NCBI GenBank assembly: GCA_951406725.2
Contig: OX597816.1
Coordinates: 2,914,001 to 2,978,000 of the forward strand
Length of the DNA: 64,000 nucleotides
Direction of reading: 5' to 3'
Source: Octopus vulgaris
Taxonomy: Eukaryota
Shown: positions 1-13,923 of the stretch, one piece after another
How the letters are laid out: each line of letters begins with the position of its first letter
Position numbering within the stretch: the first letter of the stretch is position 1
Notes under the pieces: generated by a model
What the model saw: the letters and a program-made list of their open reading frames with translations, nothing else
The model's database searches: none
What the model was told of the DNA's origin: nothing
Position numbers and translations under genes: made by a program

Positions 1-236
1 TCGGACCATGTTAACACCAAAAATTATTTACATCATAAAGGTGCTTTTTTTCTATGAAAATCCCTATTTTTTACGATTTTTTTTACTACTGTGTCGTCAT
101 TTTTCGATGTATTTCAACCAGAAAATTGTTCACTTAAAGAAAATAACAAGCTACATAATGCAAAATTTTTACTTTTCAAAAATTCCAATTCTAAAGGATC
201 CAAACAAACCCGAGCAACGCCGAGCGATACCGCTAG
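1..236 (+). mobile_element. 3' end of non-autonomous Helitron-like element
   Basis: Subterminal GC-rich imperfect hairpin (cccgagcaacgccgag, ~209-224) followed ~8 nt later by CTAG (233-236) and a flanking T, the canonical Helitron 3' terminus. The 5' end lies outside the window. Confidence 0.55.
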
Positions 237-491
237 TACTGAATAATGTCCCCTTTTATATTGACTGGCGTTATATTAACAACCTAATTATATATTTAAT
301 GTGGTAATAAAGGGAGCCAGTGATCTAATGACTGGATAAAGGGACAATAAAGGGAGAGAGGTCTGTCTACTCGGCTTTTGAATGCTTCTATGCAATTGAT
401 TGAAGTGGTTCAAATTACAACTACCGGAATTTGCTCTTTACGTAGTCGTGAGGCAGAAGTTCCAGCTTCGTGGGAGGGTATTTACGTATCT

Positions 492-915
492 AAGGCAGCG
501 AGCTGGCAGAAACGTTAGCACGCCGGACGAAATGTTTAGCGGTATTTCGTCTGCCGTTACGTTCTGGGTTCAAATTCCGCCGAGGTCGACTTTACCTTTC
601 ATCCTTTCGGGGTCGATAAATTAAGTACCAGTTACGCACTGGGGTCTATGTAATCGACTTAATACCTATGTCTGACCTTGTTTGTCCCCTCTGTGTTTAG
701 CCCATTGTGGGTAATAAAGAAATAGGTATTTCGTCTGTCGTTATGTTCTGAGTTCAAATTCCGCCGAAGTCGACTTTACCTTTCATCCTTTCGGGGTCGA
801 TAAATTAAGTACCAGTTACGCACTGGGGTCGATGTAATCGACTTAATCCGTTTGTCTGTTCTTGTTTGTCCTCTCTGTGTTTAGCCCCTTGTAGGTAGTA
901 AAGAAATAGGTATTT
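492..915 (+). mobile_element. tRNA-derived SINE family A, full copy plus tandem re-duplicated body
   Basis: Head aaggcagcgagctggcagaaacgttagc (A box), B-box-like ggttcaaattcc, core gactttacctttcatcctttcggggtcgataaattaagtaccag. The body from ggtatttcgtctg is repeated at ~725-910. Many copies occur in the window. Confidence 0.85.
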
Positions 916-2051
916 CGGTATCACTTGTGGAGAAGACGTGAAGGTACTGTTGTCCTTTTGTATGGTGGCAGTAGATTAGGTCTGGGTTCCAAGGAGTTGT
1001 GGCTTTTAGCTGAATGGTATAAAATACTGTTCTTATAGTATGTTGTCTTCTGTGATATAAGCCTAAAGATGGAAAGCTTTTAGACTTTAAGTTCCATCAA
1101 CTGTGTTATTTCCGAGACCTTTGGTTTACTCTCCATTCAGTTCCGATTGCTCATGCAGTGTACAACAGAGAAACCAACCACATTTTTCATGGCCATTGCC
1201 GGGGCATGAGTGAAGTTAGGCAGCTGGTAGTGGTTGTCTCGCGTGGTTTAAACCGGTGTGCACCATGAGTTTACCGTTGAAACATTTCACAAGCAGAGTG
1301 AATACAGGAGGGGGGTGTATTGTCGCATCTGTATAATGCCTTGCTCGGGAGAAACGGATGTAATCTACGACACTTTAGGCCTGTACTCTAAGGATGTTTG
1401 TTCTCTCAATAACCATCGTTCCTCTCTCCAAGAACCCGTAGAGCTACAATAAACATAAACACACACACACACACATATAACATGATCAAACGGAAGCCCT
1501 TCCCCATATGTTAACACTTGGCATTGTGTAACACATGTCTTCACAGGAGTACACTCATTAATGTGTAGAAGACATACGCACATAAATGGTCGGATCATGT
1601 GACCACAACTGTCGACCCATATGGAAATATGTACGGCTAAGCTGGAGTACTTAACCGTTGTAAAGCAGTAACAGCGCTCTAAAATCGACGAGTGGGTCGC
1701 CAGTTTCAAGCTGCATTTCTCCTTTACATATCTGGAGAGGCAACTGACACTATTTATCTTCGCAGTAAGACTATCTCAATGGACTTGCTCTCTTGTTGCC
1801 GAGCAACTTCTGAATGTTGAGCTGTTTGGCATGCGATAGTAGACTTTAAACCGATCAAACTCAGAATTCTCACCATAGGATGATATCTCTCTCAATCACG
1901 AGATATTCAATGACAAAGAGATACGGAAGATGTAAAAACACAGCATAAAGATGAAGCTGTGACAAGATACAAATAGAAATAAACCAATTTCTAACGCTTC
2001 ATTCACCGCATATTCTGAATATAGCTTCTAGTTAATTGTTTCCATTGAGAA

Positions 2052-2423
2052 CAGTTGTTTTCAACCGTGCTCCATACGAACCGGGGGTCGGGGGGAGGTC
2101 CATACGAACCGGGGGTCGGGGGAAGGTCCATACAAAATTTTGTTAAAGTTTAGGGGAAATAAACTGATCGTACTTCTGTAATAGACAAACTTTTTTAACG
2201 ATTTGTTTCATGCAATTACGAATAATGTTTAATTATAGAAATATAATAGTTATATTATATAAATAATATATTATATTATATTATATTATATAAATAATTA
2301 TAAAAATATATAAATAATTATAAGAATATAATCTTTTTAAAACCATGGAATGGTTATGAGAGTCCTTGAGAGTAAGATAGGAATAAAAGGCTTCCAAAAG
2401 CAAAACACTGTTGCGAACCTCTG
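2052..2423. mobile_element. hAT/Charlie-like non-autonomous element (degenerate)
   Basis: Imperfect terminal inverted repeats cagttgttttcaac / gttgcgaacctctg and an internal 28-bp tandem duplication (ccatacgaaccgggggtcgggg). No clean TSD is visible. Confidence 0.4.
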
Positions 2424-3234
2424 GTTTACTATTTCTCTATTTTTCATATTCCATCGAAATTCAACATTGCTCTTCATTCACCCTCGGCCTACTAATAATA
2501 CTAATGCTTTAATAGTTTTCTATCTTTTTCGCTTCATGTTTGGTGCCAACGCTTCATTATTTCTTGTTTATTCTTCTTTGCCAAAGTATTCTCCTTCTCA
2601 CATTTATCTTCTCTCTTTCCATTTTCTTTCTTTTTCTCATTCCTTCCACCATTACCACAACCACTCCGTCATTTCCAAGTAATCTTCTTTCTCACAATTT
2701 CGCTCACTTCCATCACCAATCATCACCAATCAACCACTCTACAGTCGTTGCTTATAACAAATCTTCTGAGTTCTAACATTGGCAAAAGACTTCATCCACC
2801 CTTTTGTACAAAATCGATTAAATAAGTACCAGTTAATATACGGCATCGATAAACATCACTTTGATCTGTTTCCCCAAAACAGAACACCCTAAACATCACC
2901 TACACGTGTAAAGTCCGTAACCGAGGCTGACTTCGACTTTCATCATTTCCGGGTCGATAAAATAAGCCCCGGTTGAATACTGGGGTCGATGTTCCCAAAA
3001 TCCCCAGCCTTAAACCTATAGAAAAAAGGATTATATTCTTATTAAAATGGTGGCTGGACCACAGTTACGCAGTAAAGATGACACGGACGTTGAGTTACCT
3101 CCCTTGAATAAGTTGAACTCGCGTTGCGGACGATTTATTTTTTTATTACTAATTTCAGAGTCCAGACACACACACACACATGTACTTTTTAATTCCTTAA
3201 TATTCTTTTATATGTTACAGCCCAAATGCTGTGG

Positions 3235-3294
<60 letters not shown>

Positions 3295-3329
3295 GTAAAT
3301 AATTTTTCTGTGGTTTTTCATGTAACCAA

Positions 3330-3387
3330 CAATTATTTACCGGTAAATTTCGGTATGTAAATACGACAAATTCATCGTCAGGAACTT
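3330..3387 (-). ncRNA. degenerate hammerhead-like motif between TA tracts
   Basis: Minus strand reads CUGACGA...CGAAA-UUUACCGGUAAA-UA with palindromic stem III (atttaccggtaaat). Stems I and II pair poorly. Confidence 0.3.
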
Positions 3388-3398
3388 TGTAAGGTTCA

Positions 3399-3920
<522 letters not shown>

Positions 3921-4718
3921 AAAAGAAATATATAAAGGCGCAAGCGTGGCTGTGTGGTAAGAAGTTTGCTTCTCAAGCAAATGGTTTTGGGTTCGGTGCC
4001 ACCGCGTTGCACCTTAGGCAAGTGTCTCTCTTCTATAGCTCTGAGCCAAGCGATGTCTTGTGATTGGATTTGGCAGACGGAAATTGATTTGATATAATCA
4101 TCAATAAACCTCCCCACATGACTGATGGCCATATGTCTGTGTTAGAAAGGATCATCATCATCATCGTCATCTTGATCGTTAATATTACCAGGGTGTAACG
4201 CATTGTGGGACCGTCAATTTAGCCCTTCGCTTTTAAAACCATTTTCTCATATTCCCAGCTAAAAATCTATATTTATGTCCCCGTCTTTCTGTTTGCGACT
4301 TTGTCTCTCTCTCTCTGCAAGTGTGTCTATCTGCTTGTCTGTCTGTCTGTCTGGCTGCCTCTGTGTGTCTCTCTCAGTCTCTCCGTCCGTCTCTCTGTAT
4401 CTGCCAACTATATATATAAAAACAAAACAAAAAAACAAACAAACATTAATACCATTTGATGTGACAACTATAGTGAGAATTGTAACACTTTTCACAAAAG
4501 TAGCCAACTTTCTAATCATTAATTCCGAAATAACATTGCGATTCCATTAACGACGCTATAATGATAAGAATAATATTCATGATGATAATAATAATAATAA
4601 TAATAATAATAATGCTTTGATGTCTTTGATTCTTCAGCTCTGGTGATTTTATACTGACCATTTCTCACTTTTCAGCCAGTTTTCCTAAATTCTAAATACA
4701 AAACCAGACATAGGATCA

Positions 4719-4779
<61 letters not shown>

Positions 4780-4813
4780 GTGTGTGTGTGATGTGTATGT
4801 GTGTGTTGTGTGC

Positions 4814-4853
<40 letters not shown>

Positions 4854-4957
4854 TTAGAATCTTTATTTTTTTAAAAATACATTTCTAACCATATTTTAAC
4901 CATTTCTTTCTGCTTTTCTGTTGATTTCTCCATTCTTTTAATTATTCAGGTAAAATT

Positions 4958-5024
<67 letters not shown>

Positions 5025-5989
5025 CTCTCTCTCTCTCTCTCTGTGTGTCTCTCTCTCTCTCTCTGTGTGTCTCTCTCTCTCTCTCTCCCTCTCTCTCTCT
5101 CTCTCTGTATATATATTATTTCCATTTCGTTTTCTTATATTTTATCTCTTTCTTAAATATGATTTTCAATTATTTTATGTTTTATACAATTATTACTGTC
5201 TGTATAATTATTCCAATGTTTTTTTCTCTTTCGTTTTCTTAACAAATTCCGTGTGTACAATGTTTTTCTTTAGACCCACCATCACCTGAAAGTGGTTTAT
5301 AGCAAGACTTATACAATATAACAAAGCATACATTCTTAAAACACAAAACCGATAACAAACTGCAACGCTCAGCTTTAAACGTCTGCCAAGTCCTCACAGC
5401 CAGTTCCTCTTTTTTCTACCTTCCACTTCCAAGTCTTCAGATTTGGTTAAATTCCTTGACCAAGACTTTTTGTTTTACTACCATCTTTGATGTAAGTGGC
5501 AGAGACATTATTTAATGCACGTCAGTTTTCTGATGATGGAATTATCCACAATTTTGTCACCTTTGTTTTGCCTCTAACAGCCTAATCATTAAATTTCCTG
5601 AGTGAGATTAACCCGGTTTTCTCTTTTTCAAACCTCCATCTCAACAATAATCCTAGACTGATCTTTAGTTTCATTTCCCTCAAACCATTTCACGTAATCC
5701 GTCGACAGTGAGTAAACATACATTCCTTTAAACAACCAGTCTCGCGGCAACACGTGATCGGAACGAGATTATCGCAGTTTCGTGTCTCTTTGGTCTTCGT
5801 GACACTTTGACAAACATCCATTAAGCCCTTGGCCTGATTCGGGCGCCCTCTGGATTTAGCAAGCTCAATTTGAATAAAAAAAGATTCGAATTCACAACAC
5901 AAATAAGTTTACTCTCCCTTCGTAGAAATTTATTCTGCTTTCGTTCAGTAAATACAAAAAGAAGAAAGAAGTGGAAAAAGTTTGGTGCT

Positions 5990-6305
5990 CCGTGGGTTCC
6001 GACGACAAGGGTTCCAGTTGATCCGATCAGCGGAACAGCCTGCTCGTAGAATTAAAGTGCAAGTGGCTGAGTACCCCACAGACACGTATAACTCTTTAAT
6101 TTAGTTTTCAATGAGATTCAATGGGACACAGAATGCCACAAGGCTGGCCCTTTTTTGAAATCCAGGTACTACTCATTTTTGCCAGCTGAGTGGATTGGAG
6201 CAACGTGAAATAAAGTGTCTTGCTCAAGGATACAACGCAGTGCTAGGAATCGAACTCACGACCTTACGATAGTGAACCGAATCCCTTAACCACTAAGCCA
6301 CGCGC
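5990..6305 (-). mobile_element. tRNA-derived SINE family C
   Basis: Minus strand begins cgcgtggcttagtggttaag (A box)...gagttcgattcc (B box), then ccttgagcaagacactttatttcac. A degenerate relative lies at ~28960-29150. Confidence 0.75.
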
Positions 6306-6889
6306 TCACGCTGTTCACCATACATATGCGTAAAGAATTCCAGAATAACTCTTAATATGGTCCTCTATGAAAACCGGGGGTAGACAGACAAACCTACTTC
6401 AACAGAAACTGGGGGAGGAGGTTAGATATACTCATCAACGCAGTCGAGAGTCGTGCCAACCCCCGGAGGGTTGTGCCCAGCCCCGACTTACACAATGTAA
6501 TACGAAACATTGTTACGATGAAAATAGAAAACGAATTTAATTAAGATCTAATGTTATCAATTATGAAACCCGTTAAATTAATCGACTAATTAATCACAAT
6601 CGACGATAATCACGATTAAACAAGTTTCTTTTAATTCAGTAAAAATCAACAATAAAAAACTAGGTGAGACGAGGGAGAAGACCGTGGTTCCATTTTGTGC
6701 ATTGATTGTTTATCAAAGACTGTATCAGATGTCGACAGAGTTTTCTGGAGTTTCTCTCACAACAAGTAATTCATGATATCGGGAGTATTTTATCAAGAAC
6801 ACCGCACACCACTCTCTGTCTTATTAATACACTCCTTGCCGGGCTCATTCTTAGTAAACCGGTTCCTGATTCCCGATTCCCTGAATATT

Positions 6890-7255
6890 AAGGATACTGT
6901 AGAATTCAGTCGTGAAAATTGTCTTTCTTGCCCCTGGTTCTTCAGTAAACACCTCAGGCTCATTTTGGCTGCATTGCTGTGCTAACGCCCGCAAGTATAT
7001 ATTCCATATTATTTAAAAATTCATCCTTCAACCGAGGCACCTCTGCTGATAATAAGGTCGTCATGGTATTTCATTTTGCATGTTGGTTCTAATCTTTGGT
7101 ATGGCCAAGTTTAAAGACTTAACTCCCACATGCCGACATCATTCACCAGCTTCCAGTCGCCTCAACACTTGCAATTTTATATCAGAAATAATGCTTTTTC
7201 TAGCAGCACCTGAGATGAACTTTCAACACTTGCAGTTGCAGGTGCTTTCGCTACT
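6890..7255 (-). mobile_element. Tigger/pogo-like transposase relic
   Basis: Minus-strand peptide RKSIISDIKLQVLRRLEAGE resembles the CENP-B/Tigger N-terminal HTH. It is broken by stops and frameshifts. Confidence 0.4.
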
Positions 7256-7299
7256 CATGAAAAAAAAAAGAAAAGAAAACATGGTTGGTGTAGTCAATT

Positions 7300-7345
<46 letters not shown>

Positions 7346-7544
7346 ATTGACTGTGAATCATAGTCTCTCACATGTTAACATAGAATTATGAAAATAATTT
7401 AGTTTTGTCTCACTGTAAAATATTGTCTCCAAGAAGACCTCTGTAACGAACCACCACTATACAGCAGTGTGTGTGTGTGTGCGCGCGCGCGTGTGTGTGT
7501 GTGTGTAAATATGTGTCTTTACACATTCACACACACACATACAG

Positions 7545-7930
7545 CGCTGGTGTGGCTGTGTAGTAAGAAGCTTGCTTCGCAACCACATGGTCCCGGGTTC
7601 AGTCTCACTGCATGGAACCTTGAGCAAGTGCCTTCTACCATAGCCTCGGGCCGACGAAATCCTTGTGAGTGGATTTGGTAGACGGAAACTGAAAGAATCC
7701 CGTCGTATATATATATATATGTGTGTGAGTTTGTCCCCCTGCGCTTACTTGACAACCGATGTTAGTGTGTTTACGCCCCCGTAATCTAGCGGTTCGGCAA
7801 AACGGACCGATAGAATAAGTACCAGGCTTACAAAGAATAAGTCCTGGAGTCGATCTGTTCGACTAAAAACCCCTTTAAGGCGGAGCTCCAGCATGGCCGC
7901 AGTCATGACTGAAACAAGTAAAAGAGTAAA
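7545..7930 (+). mobile_element. SINE family B
   Basis: Same head, core and ggcggagctccagcatggccgcagtc tail as 3448-3920. Confidence 0.85.
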
Positions 7931-8929
7931 ATAACCTATGGGTAGATACTGTCCAGCTCCGTGTGTGCGTTGCGTATTTTGAGTGTGACAAAGAGGGAGA
8001 GATTATCACAAAAGTGTGTCTGTAATGTCTAGAAAATCCTGGAAAATGGAATGTTGTATAGCAGCCATAGCTGAAATTTCAAAAATTCAGACTCAATATG
8101 AACCGCAAAATCCTGGTTCGAGTACCGCTGTGTATCCAAATTCAAGAGAGTCTAAAATAGCATTGGTTATTGCTACGCCTCTACGCCTTCTTTACAAATC
8201 CTTTAAGCGGAATACCATCAATGTATGTAGTCTAGCTCTTACATTATTTCCTTGTTTCTTCATTAGGGAATAATCGGTGAAGATGTTTACTATTAAATCT
8301 TAAGAGGAGGTCATGCAATGAAAATGGGTTCAGAAAATTTAGTTTATGTTGTGGTGGTGGTGGTGGTGGTGGGGGGGGGGGGGGTTGAAAGAGATTTCTG
8401 AATTATGTTTACTAAATTTTATGTGTAATTAAATTGTAAAACAAATATAATGATGCAAATGAGACCGACTCCGAATAAAAAGGGGGAGATAATCTCTGAA
8501 GAATGAAGAATTCTTCGGAATTGACATGCCATTGCAGAAAAGACACGTATTTCTCCCTCAATACGTGGCTTCAGCACAGCAGTTGCCCTACTTTGACTCC
8601 AGCAGAAAAAAGACTTACATATATACACTTATATATATATACACATGAAAAGTAGAGAACGTTTGTGGACGATGTTGATTTGCATAAATTATGGGAAACT
8701 GAGTTGGAAGAAGAAATAGCTCAACGTGACGAGTGGTATAAAATTGAACGAAAAAGATGATAAATCGGATATGCGTGTGTGTGCACGTGCACATGTGCGA
8801 GCGTGCACGTGTGTATGTAAATATATATGTGTGTATGTGTGTGTGTCTATATATGTGTATGTGTATATATATGTGTGTGTGTCTATATATGTGTATGTGT
8901 ATATATATATGTATGTGTATATATATATG

Positions 8930-8995
<66 letters not shown>

Positions 8996-9054
8996 TAGAT
9001 ATGTTTCGACCAATGATTGGTCCAGGCCATGTCTAACTTAATAGCACCACCTGA

Positions 9055-9420
<366 letters not shown>

Positions 9421-9439
9421 ATACAATATACAGGTGGGA

Positions 9440-10300
9440 TGAGGACAACAACATGCAGTTTAATGCAGGGAAGTTCCAGCCCCTGCGCTACCGGCACACA
9501 AAGGTAAACGACATGCAGACTGGATACACTGGCCCGGCGAGAATTGTAATTCCTGAGTCAAAATCAGTGCGTGACCTGGGCATTGACATGAGCAATATTA
9601 CTAATTTGGTGATAAAATGCAGACGGCTAGCTGGATGGATTCTCCGAACTTTCAGAACAAGAGAGAAGGAGGCACTGATGGTCCTGTGGAAAACTTTCGT
9701 CCTCAGCCGCTTGGACTACTGCTCCCAACTATGGTCACCACACAATATAAAACTAACAGCAGAACTCGAAGCAATTCAAAGAAGCTACACAAAGATCGTC
9801 TCAATGCAACATATCAGCTACTGGGAAAGACTGAAAGTATTAAAACTCTTCTCCCTGGAGCGAAGACGGGAGAGATATGCAGTGATATACATCTGGAAAA
9901 TCCTGGAGGGTCTTGTTCCAAATTTTGGCATTCAGAGTTTCCCCAACCGTAGAACGGGGCGCCACTGCATGGTGCCAAAGATCCCAACATTACCATCATA
10001 ATACAGGACCAGATACTGCAACAGCTTGGGTTTCAGAGGACCACAGCTCTTCAATATCCTTCCTAAATCACTGAGAGACCTGCATGGTGTGGATGTGGGT
10101 TTCTTTAAAACTAAACTGGATCTCTTCTTGTCGGAGGTCCCAGATGAGCCTACCTCTCGGCAGGAAACACAGATTCGGGCAGCGGCATCGAACTCCCTTG
10201 TTGATCAAGTACCACATATCAGAGGTGGTTTCACATACTAGTGTAGCTCATTCAACGGTGGTGCCCCAGCATGGCCGCAGCCTTCGGGCTGGAACATTTT
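9440..10300 (+). mobile_element. 5'-truncated CR1-clade LINE (ORF2 C-terminus plus 3' UTR), pseudogenised
   Basis: Peptide MQFNAGKFQ...VRDLGIDMS...[10 protein letters not shown]...[10 protein letters not shown]...SLERRRERY...IWKIL...GPQLFNILP with a premature stop at ~10001. 3' UTR motif ggtgccccagcatggccgcag. Confidence 0.85.
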
Positions 10301-10321
10301 TTACGATTTTTTTAATATGTA

Positions 10322-10354
<33 letters not shown>

Positions 10355-10404
10355 TTACAACTAATGTAGGATAAAACTTTTTTCGAGAAAAAATGTATCA
10401 ATGG

Positions 10405-10952
10405 CTACACGAAGAAGATAGCCTCTGTGCAGCATATAAGCTACTGGGAAAGACTCAAGAGATTGAGACTCTATTCCTTAGAGCGTAGGCGAGAAAGATA
10501 TGCCATAATATACATCTGGAAGATCCTAGAAGGACTTGTCCCAAACTTTGGCATCGAGAGTTACACAAATGCCAGAACTGGGCGCCACTGCATAGTGCCA
10601 AGGACTCCAAATTTGCCATCAAGATGTAGGACAAGATACTGTGATAGCCTGGGCTTCCGAGGCCCACAGCTCTTCAATATCCTCCCGAAGAACCTAAGAG
10701 ACCTGCATGGGGTGGATGCAGATGTCTTTAAAATAAAACTGGATCTCTTCTTGTCAGGTGTCCCAGATGAACCAACTTCACGGCAGGAGGTACAGATGAG
10801 GGCAGCTGCATCGAACTCTCTCATGCACCAGATGGCATTTGCTAAAAAGCATTCGTGAAGTAAAATCATGTAGCAACACCAAATGGCGGTGCCCCAGCAT
10901 GGCCACAGTTTGTGAGCTGAAACTAAATAAAATAAAAAATAAAAATAAAATA
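10405..10952 (+). mobile_element. second 5'-truncated CR1-clade LINE, sister subfamily
   Basis: ORF 10427-10858 aligns by eye with 9804-10241 ([35 protein letters not shown]). It has the same 3' motif and an (AAAAT)n tail. Confidence 0.85.
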
Positions 10953-11735
10953 TCAAAAAATACCTTTAAAGATTAAATTTATAAATAATTTACAAAATAA
11001 GGGCAAAAGAAAAATTCTAATGCCAAATATACCGAAAAAAAGACAAAATTGTCAATAACCATTATAATTTATGCGTCTCGAAACAAACCGATAGAAATTT
11101 CTAAAAAATCCGTTATTACCGCATTGGTCCCAATTTCGGGGTTAATTCATAAGAATTTTCCCCTCTTCAGCGATAAATACGTAAGACATAAATGAAATAC
11201 TTACTCATACCCATGGAAAAAGCAAAAACTTAGTGCTTGCTTTTTCCATGTGTATGAGTAAGTATACATATATATATATACACATATACGTATATATCTT
11301 TGCAGAAACTATTCCTTCTTTCAATTTGATGAGAACTTGAACCCTTGTGGCCTCCCTTCCTCGGTGTCACTCTATTTTCAATATTCCCCCCACTCCTCCA
11401 CACACACTCACGCACTCTTTTTCCCGCTTATCAATCGGAGCAGTGTGACAAACACCTCATACTTCCACTAACATTAATTTTGCTCCTCCTTCAGTGACAT
11501 CACCACTCCTTTCCCCGGCCTCCCTCTCTCCTGCACTCACTCACCTTTTTACTCTCCCATTCTAATTGTCTAATTGTCACAAGCTCAACCATCAAATGTA
11601 TTCTCACTTGTGTGTGTGTATGTATACACATACACACACATATATATGCATACATATTATATACACATGTATATATATAAATGTTTATACACACACACAC
11701 ACACACACTTATATATATGCATCTACATATATTTT

Positions 11736-11932
11736 TGTTTCTACAGCTGGATGTCCTTCCTAACACCCACTACACTCTCGTAGTGGTCGGTGTTAGGAAG
11801 GGCATCCAGCTGTAGAAACACTGCCAGATCAGACTGGAGCCTGGTGCAGCCATCTGGCTTCCCAGACCCCGGTCGAACCATCCAACCCGTGCTAGCGCGG
11901 AAAACGGACGTTAAACGATGATGATGATGATG
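11736..11932 (+). mobile_element. SINE/LINE-tail element ending in (GAT)n, with a 5' fold-back
   Basis: Tail ggacgttaaacgatgatgatg. Its 5' part gtttctacagctggatgtccttcctaacac is the reverse complement of downstream gtgttaggaagggcatccagctgtagaaac. A related minus-strand copy lies at ~13970-14190. Confidence 0.65.
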
Positions 11933-12089
11933 ATATATGTACATAAATATATATTCACCCAGCCATATGTGTATGGATATATAATATTTAATGTAGATAA
12001 TGCATATGCGCACACACAGGCACAAATCTTTAGACCTAACAGTAAAAATGTGCAAGCTTCTAAAGTTCAACGTTTAACATTCCATCTAC

Positions 12090-12165
<76 letters not shown>

Positions 12166-12167
<2 letters not shown>

Positions 12168-13235
12168 TACCTACTTCAGAAGCGAGGGAAACTAATACAA
12201 ATAGCCACAAAACACGAGCAAAACAAAAAAAAACTGTTTTCACTATTTAAGGAAGCTGACAAATACAAACAAGAAATCATATTACCTAACAAATATGAAG
12301 AAGAAACAACAAAAGCTATAAAACAAATGAAATCCAAACTAAAAATAGAACAGCAACGAACCATGATAAAACGATGGCAAGAAAAGCCCCTTCATGGCAA
12401 ATACTGGACTAAACTAAATGGAAAAGAAATAGACAAAGAAAAATCCCAGCAATGATTGAGAATCTCAGGACTCAAAGCAGAGACGGAGGGTTTTTTAATT
12501 GCAGCACAAGACCAAAGCCTCTCCACCAGAAATTACCAAAAACATGTAATGAAAAGAAATATAACAAGTAACTGCAGAATATGTGGAGATGGACAAGAAA
12601 CAATAAATCATATTATCTCTAGCTGCCCAGTCCTAGCTAAGAAGGAATATATTCACAGACATGACAGAGTTGGAACCTACATACATTGGAAGCTATGCCA
12701 ACATTATGGAATAACAGCAGAAAAAAGATGGTATAGGCACACACCAGAAAAGGTCACAGAAAACGAGAAAGCAACCATACTCTGGGATATGCCAATACAC
12801 ACAGATAGAAAAATTAAGGCCAACAGACCAGATATAGTTGTCAGAGATCATGAAGAAAAAAATGTTTTCTAATTGATGTATCAATACCGGCAGATGACAA
12901 CGTGTCTCTAAAAGAAATGGAGAAACTCTCAAAATACAAAGACCTGGAAATAGAGGTAACTCGAATGTGGAATCTAAAAACAGAAACAATTCCTATCATA
13001 GTAGGCGCATTAAGTATGATAAAAAAATATTCAGACAAATACATAACAAAAACACCAGGACTTACAAGTGTATATATCATACAGAAAATTGCACTACTGG
13101 GCACTGCACACATCATACGCAGAACACTTTCCATACAATAACCATCAGAGCATCACAGCCAACCACAGCACATACCCAAGGCACAGAGAGCTGCGCTCGG
13201 TAGTGAAGTGAAAGCACGCTATAAAAATAAAACTA

Positions 13236-13240
<5 letters not shown>
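12166..13240 (+). mobile_element. 5'-truncated R4/Dong-like non-LTR retrotransposon (CCHC knuckle plus restriction-like endonuclease)
   Basis: Peptide AAQDQSL..CRICGDGQETINHIISSC..YIHRHDRVG..ILWDMPI.TD.KIKANRPDIVV..IDVSIP..KEMEKLSKYKDL. In-frame stop at ~12453 and a frameshift at ~12862. Flanked on both sides by (TAA)n. Confidence 0.85.
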
Positions 13241-13289
<49 letters not shown>

Positions 13290-13299
13290 GATAATGATA

Positions 13300-13330
<31 letters not shown>

Positions 13331-13422
13331 TGATAATAATAATAATAATAATGATAATAATAATAATGATAATGATAATAATAATAATGATAATAATAAT
13401 AATAATGATAATGATAATAATG

Positions 13423-13453
<31 letters not shown>

Positions 13454-13474
13454 TAATAATGATAATAATAATAA
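13241..13474. repeat. (TAA)n/(TGA)n microsatellite
   Basis: Direct inspection. Confidence 0.95.
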
Positions 13475-13707
13475 TCAGAAGATCTAACACGTGTTTCAGG
13501 AGTGGATTGTCGATATCACAGCCGGTCGGTTTCATTGTCAAAAAGTATCCACACGCTTCCTCGACGTTATCAGCAAAAAATTTATTACCTTTAATCTGTG
13601 CTGAATGTTGGAGTGGAACGCAGAACTAGCTACCGAACCCAACACTCTCGGCAACGCGTTGTGCCTTTCAACGCACTCTGTAACGTGTGTACATATGTGT
13701 GTGGGTG

Positions 13708-13766
<59 letters not shown>

Positions 13767-13838
13767 ATATGTATAAAAAATATATATAAAAATACAAAAT
13801 GGGACAAGAACGCAAAACATTCAAATAGACGATACAAA

Positions 13839-13883
<45 letters not shown>

Positions 13884-13888
13884 CATAG

Positions 13889-13923
<35 letters not shown>

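Noticed and set aside
1140-1900. Possible hAT transposase remnant (APAMA..VGFSVVHC)
   Set aside because: A single short motif with no further support by eye.
6225-6305. tRNA-like sequence (also SINE A and B heads)
   Set aside because: It has A/B boxes but no complete cloverleaf and continues into a SINE body.
13487-13575. Minus-strand ctgataa...GAAACACGUGUU hammerhead-like motif
   Set aside because: Core mismatch, extra bases before stem II and no stem I. Too degenerate to call.
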